Assembly: GCA_964464475.1 (NCBI GenBank)
Contig: CAYXGG010000002.1
Coordinates: forward strand, 93,455 to 157,454
Source: an uncultured Planctomycetales bacterium
Lineage (GTDB): Bacteria > Omnitrophota > Gorgyraeia > Zapsychrales > JAHFFX01
Direction of reading: 5' to 3'
DNA: 64,000 nucleotides
Part shown: positions 29,902 to 38,545 of the stretch, one piece after another
Layout: the number at the start of each line of letters is the position of its first letter
How positions within the stretch are numbered: the stretch's first letter is position 1
Program-made: the position numbers and the translations under genes
Notes under the pieces: model-generated
Told to the model about the DNA's origin: nothing
Databases searched by the model: none
What the model saw: only the letters and a program-made list of their open reading frames with translations

Positions 29902-31565
29902 GAGATATTCCCTTCTTTCGACGTTCTACCCTGAGTCAATACATCGGTCGCTAATTCCAAGCGCGACAAACGATGCCAATTATCCCCGTCAAAATAACCG
30001 ATAAACGGAACCCGCATCCCTCCGAGAATCAGACCGCGTTGCGTCTTTTGAGTAGTAAAAAAATATTTGTGCCACGGTACTGGGCCATCCACGAAATGTA
30101 AATCTTTCGGCTTCCAAGGATACTCCTTAAACCGAGAAACCTCACCACTAGGCATAATCTTTTCTTCCCGATTGCCGCAATAAAACAGATGATCCTCACT
30201 CAGATTGCGACGCAAGAACGCAAAATAGCGAGCAACGGACGCAGCGTTCATTTCCTGCATCGAGGCAATGTTGATCGCCAAATCAAAACGAAGCCCCTCC
30301 AGTGCGTCCAGAAATTCCGCGGGAACGAAGACAAAATCCGCCGTGCGAACATCATCCACACTTCTTTTTTGTTCCCAGAGCTGATGCTCTTTGCCGGGAA
30401 AAGCCCTCGTTAAATGCCGCGCCTGAAAAAGCAACGTCTTCCCCAAATCAACCATAAAAATGCGCGATTGGGGAAAAACTATTTTAATCATCCCGGAAAA
30501 AAAACCATAACCGTCGCCAATGTTCAAAACATTGAACCGGCTATTCCTCGCAAAATTCTTTTGAATCAACGCCAATGCGCATAGCTGACGAAAACAATCA
30601 TAAGTAAAATTTAATCCCATCCGGCGTGCGAGCTCTCGCCCCTGAGTCATGAGCCGCGTAAGGCGCCGACGATCGGATAGCTGGACTAAATAACAACCCA
30701 TCGTAGCCCACGAACAAACGCGATAAACCCAGGACGCATTTTCTAAATCGCCAAACCCTTCGCCGTGCAAACGTTCCAATCGATTCGCTGATTTGTGAAT
30801 CTTGACCCGCTGATGAAACTGCTTCCAATGAGAGGAGACCAAATGTTCGGGAGTCTGATTTTCTTCGTAGTAATCGGTAATCAACCGGTGGATGATCTCG
30901 TCATGCCGACGAGTTAAACTGGGGACATGCGATTGAAAATAATCTTTAATATCGGCTAAATCCGCAAACACCGGAGCAGAAACTCCTTTGAGTCTATGAC
31001 TCGGGTCACGACCGACAAAAACGACCCCCGCTTCGCTAGCGGACCGATAGTCTTCGAGGCTATCACCCACAAAAGCAACTTCGGCCGGATCCAGATCGCC
31101 GCGACGCATTATCTCTCTAAGAGCTTCCGTTTTCTTCCAGGGAACAGCGTAAATCCCGCTAAAGAACTTTTCCAACCCTTTTCTTTTTAGAATCCGCGTC
31201 AAATCCCCGACAGGATTAATCGTGGCCAGGTAAAGAGGGACCCTTTGAAAAAAGAATTCCAAGAATTCTTTCACGCCATGGACTAAGGGGCAATCAATAG
31301 TTTTCTGTACGACCAGCTGAGAAAATTTCTGACTTAATTCTGCCTGCAAATGCTCTGAGTACGGCTGTTTTAAAATATGTTCGGCAATAAAACGAAATTT
31401 CTCAAACCTGATGATGGCGTTGTGCGCTCGATGATAAGCCATGATGGCGGGTAACTGAGCCGGATAATCCTTATACAATTCCTCAAACGCCCGGTCTTTA
31501 ATGACCACCGATTCCACAATGACGCCGTCGAAATCGAGCACGATCGCCCGCAACGGAGCATCCAT
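29898..31565 (-). CDS. HAD phosphatase fused to a putative sugar O-methyltransferase domain
   Basis: N-terminal DFDGV and VGDS..D; C-terminal VSSHW, VLNIGDGYG, FDLAINIASMQEM. Start moved to ATG 31565. Confidence 0.75.
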   Translation of the reverse strand: MDAPLRAIVLDFDGVIVESVVIKDRAFEELYKDYPAQLPAIMAYHRAHNAIIRFEKFRFIAEHILKQPYSEHLQAELSQKFSQLVVQKTIDCPLVHGVKEFLEFFFQRVPLYLATINPVGDLTRILKRKGLEKFFSGIYAVPWKKTEALREIMRRGDLDPAEVAFVGDSLEDYRSASEAGVVFVGRDPSHRLKGVSAPVFADLADIKDYFQSHVPSLTRRHDEIIHRLITDYYEENQTPEHLVSSHWKQFHQRVKIHKSANRLERLHGEGFGDLENASWVYRVCSWATMGCYLVQLSDRRRLTRLMTQGRELARRMGLNFTYDCFRQLCALALIQKNFARNSRFNVLNIGDGYGFFSGMIKIVFPQSRIFMVDLGKTLLFQARHLTRAFPGKEHQLWEQKRSVDDVRTADFVFVPAEFLDALEGLRFDLAINIASMQEMNAASVARYFAFLRRNLSEDHLFYCGNREEKIMPSGEVSRFKEYPWKPKDLHFVDGPVPWHKYFFTTQKTQRGLILGGMRVPFIGYFDGDNWHRLSRLELATDVLTQGRTSKEGNIS

Positions 31566-32362
31566 TAAGCGCGGTTGGCTTTGACCTGCAGCAAGCATTC
31601 TTGAAGTCGCTGTGTCCATTTCCAAAGAACGAAAACATCGGAAGCCAAGACAGTAAACGTATATCCCTTATCAAAAGCCTTTATAATCCCGTCGGTATCC
31701 GGCTCAATCAAATGCGTCCCGACCGATTTCTTATAACGATGACAAGCCTTCAACACGATCTCAGATGCTTCCTGCACCTTCTGATGAGTTAACTGTCCCG
31801 GGATCCCTAATGATCCGGAAATATCATACGGACCAATCATAACGCCATCAATATCCTCAGAATCCAGAATACTATCTATATTCTTCACGGCCTTAACCGA
31901 CTCAATCTGAACGATGACCACCGACGTCTCATTCCAAGTTGAAATATACTTATCAAAATCAAATCCATATCCCTGCGCGCGGGAAATACCAAAGCCTCGC
32001 TTCCCTACCGGAGGATATTTGCACCAGTCAATGATCTCTTTGACTTCGCCCGCCGACGAAACCATTGGGACGATCAAACCATCGGCCCCCGAATCCAGCA
32101 ACCGACGCGTCATTTCCGGATTATGTGACGCGACCCGAGGCAAACATAAGGAGCCATTGGCCTGGCAAGCTGCCACAATCCGCTGGGATTGTTCCTGATC
32201 AATCGTGCTGTGCTCAAGGTCGATACCGATAAAATCAAAACCTGCCCGAGTAAAGATTTCCGTGATGGAAGGATGCGCGAAGGAGTTCCAGCCCGCAAAC
32301 ACACGTTCACGGTTACGCATTTTGTTTTTAAGTAGTTGTCTTCGGGATATTAATTCTTTCAT
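31565..32362 (-). CDS. HpcH/HpaI family class II pyruvate aldolase
   Basis: DLEHS, PRV, LDSGA.G..VPMV, YPP.G.RG, QIES, IGPYDISGSLG.PG. Confidence 0.9.
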   Translation of the reverse strand: MKELISRRQLLKNKMRNRERVFAGWNSFAHPSITEIFTRAGFDFIGIDLEHSTIDQEQSQRIVAACQANGSLCLPRVASHNPEMTRRLLDSGADGLIVPMVSSAGEVKEIIDWCKYPPVGKRGFGISRAQGYGFDFDKYISTWNETSVVIVQIESVKAVKNIDSILDSEDIDGVMIGPYDISGSLGIPGQLTHQKVQEASEIVLKACHRYKKSVGTHLIEPDTDGIIKAFDKGYTFTVLASDVFVLWKWTQRLQECLLQVKANRA

Positions 32363-33078
32363 TATTTTCTTTTGGGAGCGGGTGTCGAGGCCTGAGCTAG
32401 CGATTCTCCCTTGGCAGCGTCATCTAAAAACATTTGGACGGTCTCTTTCGAGTAAGGGTGCACGATCATACCATCCAGGAAAGAAGGAATGACCGTAACA
32501 ATATGCGAGCCGGCTTCCAGCCATTCAATAACGTTAATGACCTCACGAGTGGAGGCAAGAATAATTTGCGATTTCAGCTCATACGCGTCCAATAACTTAC
32601 GCAATTTGCGAATTTCCTCAATACAGTTATAACCCATGTTATTGACACGGCCACCCAGCATGGACACATACGACGCTCCCGCAAGAGCGGCGAGAAAACA
32701 TTGCTGCGCACTCATCATGGCGGTCACGTTGATGCGCACGTCATGCTTGGTTTCCAATTCATGAATGACTTCCAGATTGTCCAGTTCGCCTTTGGGACCG
32801 TGAATCGTAATTTTTACGGTAATATTTTTCGCCCAGCCGGCAATATCCAAAGCCTGTTTAAGCATTTCTTTCTTATCATTAGTTGTGACTTCCACAGATA
32901 GCGGATAAGGATGAATGAATTCCGCAATCTCAACGGTACGGGCCTTAATGCCCTTCATGCCCCCCGTCACCCCTTCTTTTAGGAGAATCGAAGGATTGGT
33001 CGTGACCCCGCGAATGATGCCCATACGATGATATTTTTTGATTAAATCCAAGTTGCCGGTGTCTAAAAAAATAGCCAT
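32362..33078 (-). CDS. Transaldolase family protein (short TalC/FSA type)
   Basis: IFLDT, GVTTNPS, SVEV, Schiff-base Lys in VKI, NVT, AGA.YVS, AS.R. Confidence 0.88.
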   Translation of the reverse strand: MAIFLDTGNLDLIKKYHRMGIIRGVTTNPSILLKEGVTGGMKGIKARTVEIAEFIHPYPLSVEVTTNDKKEMLKQALDIAGWAKNITVKITIHGPKGELDNLEVIHELETKHDVRINVTAMMSAQQCFLAALAGASYVSMLGGRVNNMGYNCIEEIRKLRKLLDAYELKSQIILASTREVINVIEWLEAGSHIVTVIPSFLDGMIVHPYSKETVQMFLDDAAKGESLAQASTPAPKRK

Positions 33079-33097
33079 TGGTTCTCCTGATTGATCA

Positions 33098-33159
33098 CAA
33101 AATTCTAAGGACTAAACTCTAAAAAACACAAAATTTAGTCCTTAAGGTTTAGAATTTAT
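33098..33159. repeat. 7-nt-periodic inverted repeat (hairpin)
   Basis: CTAA at 33105/33112/33119; TTAR at 33135/33142/33149; perfect TAAGGACTAAA/TTTAGTCCTTA and AAATTCTAA/TTAGAATTT. Confidence 0.7.
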
Positions 33160-33771
33160 TCTCTCTCTTTTTTCCTGGGCGACATGCTCCCATTTATTCG
33201 ACATCTGCATGATACGGGGATCACAGACGATCAGATGCCAAATCACCGCGGCAAAACTTTCCGCGTGCGGCGTTACGGTCGCCGGATTCACGGTCGGAAC
33301 CACAACACAGGCATCAGCCACTTGAGCTGTAAATCCCCCATCGCGGCCGACCACTCCCATGATTTTCGCCTGCTGCGCTTTCGCATATTCCAATGCGTAA
33401 ACAAGGTTGGCGCTAATATTCTTCTCCTTACTACCCCCACCGACAGAAAAAACTATGACGCCATCTTGGGCACAGAGACCGGAAGTTTTAAGCCAGCCCG
33501 CAAAAACGGTTTCCCACCCTTCATCATTCGTACGCGCAGTCAACTCGGAAACGTTATCCACCGGGGAGTAAGCTTCAAAACCAGCTATCTTACGAAAATC
33601 ATTGACGGCGTGAGAGCAATTACCGGCGCTTCCGCCCACGCCCAAGAAAAACAAACGCCCCTTTTTCTCGCGAATTTCCAACAACAGCCTAATCATCTTT
33701 TCTACCACGGCCTGGTCAATCTGGCGGATAATCGCGACCGCCTCCTGCAAATACTGTTCCACATGATTCAT
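33142..33771 (-). CDS. SIS-domain sugar-phosphate isomerase (GmhA-like)
   Basis: GVGGSAGNCSHA.ND, TARTND.G, FSVGGG, GRDGG, HAES. Confidence 0.85.
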   Translation of the reverse strand: MNHVEQYLQEAVAIIRQIDQAVVEKMIRLLLEIREKKGRLFFLGVGGSAGNCSHAVNDFRKIAGFEAYSPVDNVSELTARTNDEGWETVFAGWLKTSGLCAQDGVIVFSVGGGSKEKNISANLVYALEYAKAQQAKIMGVVGRDGGFTAQVADACVVVPTVNPATVTPHAESFAAVIWHLIVCDPRIMQMSNKWEHVAQEKRERINSKP

Positions 33772-34796
33772 GTTGATGACCCCTTTTTACGCAGCACGAC
33801 CCGACAATACGAACTCATTAAACCTGTTTGTAAAAACTCCTGAAACGCCCGACGCACTTCGACGTCTTTGCGAGACAACAAACTTTTGACAAAACGCGGC
33901 AATTCAATCTTAGAATCATCTTTAACCGCCCGAGCCACGATTTCAACATCCAGCACACCCGGAGTGCTCAACTCAATACATTCAAAACCGTGACGGTCAA
34001 CCAAAGCGCGCAAACCTTCAACAGAGAAAACATTCATCCGATCCGGAGGATAAAGATTCTCCGCCTGGTCCCATAACACTTGAATATCAAAACCGGTCGC
34101 CACAATCGCCGTCAAGAAAACCAAGCCCTGTGGACGAAGCATTTCTTTAATTTTCTTAAATAATACGTCGGGTTGGGCACTGCGATCCGCGACTTCAAAA
34201 ACAGAAATCACATCCACCGCGTCTTTTAAATCCACTTCCCACCATGGAGCCTCCCACACATGACCCCCGTCAATATCTTTAAGTTTCGGAATTTTAACAA
34301 AAGGGTTAATTAACGTCTTGCGGGAGAAATTCTCCGCGTGAGCGAGCTCTTCGAGATAACCCCACTGATTGGTATTGATATCCGCAAAATGCTTGGCGGC
34401 CGGAAAATATTCCTGAGTCGACTCAACGATCCATTGAAAACGAGGTTTGATAATTTTCTCGTCACGTTTTTTCTTGGTCGCGTTGGATAGCTCCTCTCGC
34501 CAAAAAACGCGTGACGGCGCCGCATGATAAAACTCATTAATGGTTTTCTCATCCGGCCGGGGCGAAATAAATAACGTATGACAACTCTGGCAAGAACAAT
34601 AAGACAAACCTAATTTCTTAAAAGCCGGTTCAAATCGATTCGAAAAACAGGCAGGGCACAAACATTCTTCCAAACTCTTACTTTTCAGAAAAAACTTAGC
34701 GACGTCCTCACGGGTTAAATCTATATACTCCTTGATCAATCCGGAGGGCTTCAGATCAATCTCACGATACTCGTCAAAGACGACAATGTTCTTCAT
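33768..34796 (-). CDS. Methyltransferase-fold protein with N-terminal Cys pairs and a degenerate SAM motif
   Basis: CPAC and C..C..LFISPRP; DVISVFEV, L.PQGL, TPG.LDV; motif I reads FADINTNQWG. Confidence 0.65.
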   Translation of the reverse strand: MKNIVVFDEYREIDLKPSGLIKEYIDLTREDVAKFFLKSKSLEECLCPACFSNRFEPAFKKLGLSYCSCQSCHTLFISPRPDEKTINEFYHAAPSRVFWREELSNATKKKRDEKIIKPRFQWIVESTQEYFPAAKHFADINTNQWGYLEELAHAENFSRKTLINPFVKIPKLKDIDGGHVWEAPWWEVDLKDAVDVISVFEVADRSAQPDVLFKKIKEMLRPQGLVFLTAIVATGFDIQVLWDQAENLYPPDRMNVFSVEGLRALVDRHGFECIELSTPGVLDVEIVARAVKDDSKIELPRFVKSLLSRKDVEVRRAFQEFLQTGLMSSYCRVVLRKKGSST

Positions 34797-35823
34797 TAAT
34801 TTTTCCTAGGGTGTGGGACTGTTGAGCGGCGTCCGCGTAAGCACGATCGATGAGTTCCATGACGCGCAGGGCATCCTCTGAGGAGCTGACGGTGACCGGC
34901 TTCTTTTCTTTAATACATTTAACAAACTCTTCCACTTCCAAATCCCAAGACAGATCTCGGTCAAAGTAAGTTACTTCCTCGGAGGGATTTCCGACTGCTT
35001 CCGTTTCATCTTCAAATTGCCGTCGGCCAACGATCAGTTTTTCCCGTCCATAGCTGCCGGTTTTGGAAAGCAACCCTTCCACAACTAAATAGCCTTCCTC
35101 TAACGTAATAAAAATTGAAAACGTATGTTTCCACATCGTCGCCGAGGAATGCAGGCACGCGCTTTGCGATTTCTTATTATGCAAAATCACGAACGCATTA
35201 TCTTCCATGGAAAATTTCCAGTAAGTATTCGCGGTAAAACACTTAACGAACTCAAAATCACCGCATAGATAGCGAAACAAATCCAGCATGTGAATTCCTT
35301 GATCCAACAAAATCCCGCCGCCGGAGATGTCCTTGTCATTGCGCCAGGATTTATTAAAATTTTTGCCGCCGGATTTCCCGTAAATCCCACGAACGTTAAT
35401 GATTTTGCCAAAACGCCCGCTTTCGATAATGACTTTAGCTTTAATAATTCCGGGATGAAAACGATGATTGAACCCGAACATAAGCCGCGTGCGAGACGTT
35501 TCGTACTTGATAATATTACGGATATCTTCAACGTGGCAACCCGGAGGTTTTTCACAAAAGACATGTTTGCCGGCCTGCATGGCCTTGATGCAGAAATCAG
35601 GAGAATATCGATTAGGGGTACAGACAAAAATGATGTCAGGAGAAGCGGCTAAAAGCTCATCAAAAGAAGCAAAGGCAGGACAACCAGAAATTTTTTGCAG
35701 CGTAGTTGACTGTGTATCGCAAATACCAACCAACGAAAGGTCCGGATTGCGCTCAATAACGCCACGGCGTATTTCGCCCATATAGCCGTACCCAATAATG
35801 CCGCATTTAAGTTGTTTATTCAT
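34774..35823 (-). CDS. Gfo/Idh/MocA family oxidoreductase
   Basis: IIGYGYMG, CEKP, GFNHR, SGGGILLDQGIH. Confidence 0.9.
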   Translation of the reverse strand: MNKQLKCGIIGYGYMGEIRRGVIERNPDLSLVGICDTQSTTLQKISGCPAFASFDELLAASPDIIFVCTPNRYSPDFCIKAMQAGKHVFCEKPPGCHVEDIRNIIKYETSRTRLMFGFNHRFHPGIIKAKVIIESGRFGKIINVRGIYGKSGGKNFNKSWRNDKDISGGGILLDQGIHMLDLFRYLCGDFEFVKCFTANTYWKFSMEDNAFVILHNKKSQSACLHSSATMWKHTFSIFITLEEGYLVVEGLLSKTGSYGREKLIVGRRQFEDETEAVGNPSEEVTYFDRDLSWDLEVEEFVKCIKEKKPVTVSSSEDALRVMELIDRAYADAAQQSHTLGKINEEHCRL

Positions 35824-35975
35824 AAGCCTCTACGATTATCCCAAATTTTGCAATAGAAGCCCTTTTCTCAACCTGAGAAGCTAGCACAAAAAGTGCTTCC
35901 AAAATTTGGGATTACCCCGCCAAAGGCGGCCCTTTGGGCGGATTTTGCTAATGCAAAATCCGGGATTAATCTTTC
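35824..35975 (-). ncRNA. Candidate structured 5' leader / cis-regulatory RNA
   Basis: Five stems in ~150 nt, including perfect 13-bp (35838-35850/35900-35912), 10-bp (35939-35948/35953-35962) and 7-bp (35920-35926/35931-35937) stems. Confidence 0.5.
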
Positions 35976-35992
35976 TTAGAAAAACGGGGGCC

Positions 35993-36001
35993 ATTTTAAC
36001 A
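35993..36001 (-). promoter_or_regulatory. Extended -10 promoter for the 35823-start operon
   Basis: Minus strand TG-T-TAAAAT just upstream of the structured leader. Confidence 0.5.
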
Positions 36002-36217
36002 CAATTTTCGGGGAAGGAATAGTTTTTATTCTTTATCGATAGGGTCAAATCAAGCCGCCTTTCCTGATGCGCGTTTCTAGAGGAACTCCCCTTTGCTCGA
36101 TATTTCTCAAATATTTTGATTGACCTTGTTAGACTCAAAACGAAGCGGGAACTACTGCCAGGAATAGCTCTCCTCGCTCCACCCCCTATAGGACTAAACA
36201 AAAAAAGCAGAAGGCCA

Positions 36218-36246
36218 TTGACTTATCCTTTCCCTAAAATTACTAT
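36218..36246 (+). promoter_or_regulatory. sigma70 promoter for the SRPBCC gene (probably leaderless)
   Basis: TTGACT (36218-36223), 17-nt spacer, TACTAT (36241-36246); ATG begins at 36255 with no Shine-Dalgarno. Confidence 0.6.
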
Positions 36247-36254
36247 CCTCAATC

Positions 36255-36722
36255 ATGGTCTATTGCTTTCGGCAAAAACAACATCTTTCCCTTTCTGTAG
36301 AGAAGGCCTGGGATTTCTTCTCTAATCCGGCCAATTTGGCCACGATTACGCCACCCAAACTTAATTTTCAAATTACCAGCGAACTGCCCGAAGGAATTTA
36401 TGCCGGCCTCATCATCACTTACCACGTGACTCCCCTTTTTGGAATTCCCTTATCCTGGACGACAGAGATCACGCAATGCCGTAAGCCTGACTACTTTGTC
36501 GATTATCAGCTGTCCGGACCTTACAAAATCTGGCACCATCAGCATCACTTTCGTCCGCTGCCGTCCGGCGTTGAAATGGTAGACATCGTTTATTATGAAA
36601 TTGGCTATGGGTGGCTTGATCCGGTTTTAAACCGCTTGGTGATCGGCCCGCAATTAAACCACATCTTTGCTTACCGGAAGAAAATTTTAATGGAGAAATT
36701 TGGCCTAGCGACTCGGCCCTAG
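36255..36722 (+). CDS. SRPBCC (START-like ligand-binding) family protein
   Basis: WDFFSNPANL..ITP, W.TEIT, FVD.Q..GPY..WHH.H.F, M.D.V.Y, IF.YR. Confidence 0.88.
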   Translation: MVYCFRQKQHLSLSVEKAWDFFSNPANLATITPPKLNFQITSELPEGIYAGLIITYHVTPLFGIPLSWTTEITQCRKPDYFVDYQLSGPYKIWHHQHHFRPLPSGVEMVDIVYYEIGYGWLDPVLNRLVIGPQLNHIFAYRKKILMEKFGLATRP

Positions 36723-38545
36723 ACTAAAAATTGGGCCATCGCCGCATCCGTAACCGGTAGGAAATATCGTCCCAGATAAGCTTTAGCGTTGGCCCGGCGG
36801 CGTTCAAACTCGATCGCCGGCAACTGATCAATCGTTTGTAAAACCTGAACAAAATCGTCGCGCTCAGTCACCGTCCACTTCAAATCAGGGCATTGAAACA
36901 ATGGGTCATAACTAAGCATATGACCCATGTCAAAATTGATCAACGGCTTACCAACAGATAAGGCTTCCAACGCTCCCGTACTGCCCCAATACACCACCAC
37001 ATCGGACCACTTGATATCGTCCACAATAGAGGTTTCTTGAGACAAACGAAAATCTTTTCCCAGTTTAAATTCGGAGTCCAAGTTTCCGACAAAAGCGTTT
37101 AAAGGCAACGTCGGGTGCGTGCGCAACAATACCTCATATCCCTTCGTACCGCGCAGACCGCGCAAGCAATAGTTGACCAGCTTCGCGACATCAGCAACAC
37201 CCTCCAACATTAAAAGAATTCTAGAGATCGGCCTGCGAGGCTCCACGGGAAGATTTAACAAATATTCAAATCTCAGTCCGCCGGCCGCCACGACTTTCTG
37301 AGGCGCGACCGCACTGTACTGAAGAATGATGCGTCGGGTCTCCTCACCCACGGTTAAAATTTTATCAGGACCCGGAGTGATATCTCGATCCCGCCGGCTG
37401 ACAAACATGCCGGCCGCCGCTTGCGGAACCACCGTATGCTGGTACCCGGCAATAGCTACTGGCTTACCGGAATCTCGAGCAGCCAGAATACACATCCGTT
37501 CCCAGGGATTATTTTCATAAGTCAATAATAACTGACTGACCGGGATATTTTGCAACACTCGCGTCATCACCTGATAGTGCACGTACTGATACAACTGGAC
37601 TTTATATCGGGTGCGGTTTAGTTCCGCGTTAATCAATGCTTGCACATTAAAACCGTAGAAATCAACCTTTTCATCCAGCTTAATTCGATAAAAAAATAAT
37701 TCCCAGGCCGCAACCACCAGCTCCCCCAAAGTTAGAAAAAACTCGATGGGAAAGATGTTGGCGTTAGGACACTGACGCATTTTCTCCAAGCAGGGACCGT
37801 AATCGCCAAAAACAAACGCCAAAAACAAACAGGATCGCTGCTTTTTCAAGAATTCCGGCAATTGTCCAAAGAATACATCGCCGTAGCTGCCGTCCGGACG
37901 GAAAGAATGGTTATAGACAAAGGTTTTGATGACGTGCGCGTTATCCCCCGCCGACGTCCTGGCCTGTTGCCAGCGATCTTGCAAAGCTCTTCTCGCCTGA
38001 ATTCCCTTCCAGGAGATGGTAAGAACATCTTTTAGTAATGATCCTGCCCGTCGAACAATAGCAGCGATCATCTCCCTTATCTGCGCCAGTTCGTCAGTCA
38101 CGAGTTCAACCGTGATGCCTCGCTTCACCAAAGCTTCTCGTAATGTCTCCAGTAATACCCCGGGGACCTCTGGCACCAACAAACAATCATAGGTTTCTTT
38201 CTGAGCCACTTCGAGGATCATCCAGAATTCTTGCAGCAGGTGAGAATACCGCGATAAAAAACGATTCTTGGAAGAGAGGTCCGTTGCCCACCAGCGTCGA
38301 CTGGAGAACCGTTGATTCAACGCCCCCAGCAAATCCACGTACTCGCTACAAAATCGGTCTCGTTCTTCTAAGCTAATGGGACCAAAATGAAGACACTGCC
38401 ATTCTTCTCCCAAACACTCGGCAACATTTATTTTTGAAGACCGCGCGGGCGGCAAAAAATATTTCTTGTGCGTGGCGTGACGAGGAACAACTCTTTTCGC
38501 GATCGTAAGTAGGACCCCTTCCTGCACCAAAACAACTTTAGACAT
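36719..38545 (-). CDS. Surface-carbohydrate biosynthesis protein, GT-B-like (putative ulosonic-acid transferase)
   Basis: YENNPWE, GYQH, PD...T.G, GGLRF, RTHP, STGALEAL..GKP. Start moved to ATG 38545. Confidence 0.55.
   Translation of the reverse strand: MSKVVLVQEGVLLTIAKRVVPRHATHKKYFLPPARSSKINVAECLGEEWQCLHFGPISLEERDRFCSEYVDLLGALNQRFSSRRWWATDLSSKNRFLSRYSHLLQEFWMILEVAQKETYDCLLVPEVPGVLLETLREALVKRGITVELVTDELAQIREMIAAIVRRAGSLLKDVLTISWKGIQARRALQDRWQQARTSAGDNAHVIKTFVYNHSFRPDGSYGDVFFGQLPEFLKKQRSCLFLAFVFGDYGPCLEKMRQCPNANIFPIEFFLTLGELVVAAWELFFYRIKLDEKVDFYGFNVQALINAELNRTRYKVQLYQYVHYQVMTRVLQNIPVSQLLLTYENNPWERMCILAARDSGKPVAIAGYQHTVVPQAAAGMFVSRRDRDITPGPDKILTVGEETRRIILQYSAVAPQKVVAAGGLRFEYLLNLPVEPRRPISRILLMLEGVADVAKLVNYCLRGLRGTKGYEVLLRTHPTLPLNAFVGNLDSEFKLGKDFRLSQETSIVDDIKWSDVVVYWGSTGALEALSVGKPLINFDMGHMLSYDPLFQCPDLKWTVTERDDFVQVLQTIDQLPAIEFERRRANAKAYLGRYFLPVTDAAMAQFLV

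Noticed and set aside
33106-33144. MITE with TA target duplication
   Set aside because: Only ~39 bp, no transposase nearby, and the 7-nt periodicity extends beyond the putative ends.
33184-33843. 219-aa plus-strand ORF and the other short antisense or nested ORFs (e.g. 7718..8179, 47396..47929)
   Set aside because: They are shadows of well-supported minus-strand genes, with no recognisable motifs.
35881-36325. ORFs 35881..36201 (-) and 36116..36325 (+) in the intergenic region
   Set aside because: No motifs or Shine-Dalgarno; they overlap promoters and the structured leader.
36719-36730. TAGACTAAAAA as another copy of the AGGACTAAAC repeat
   Set aside because: Imperfect match that is explained by overlapping stop codons and coding sequence.
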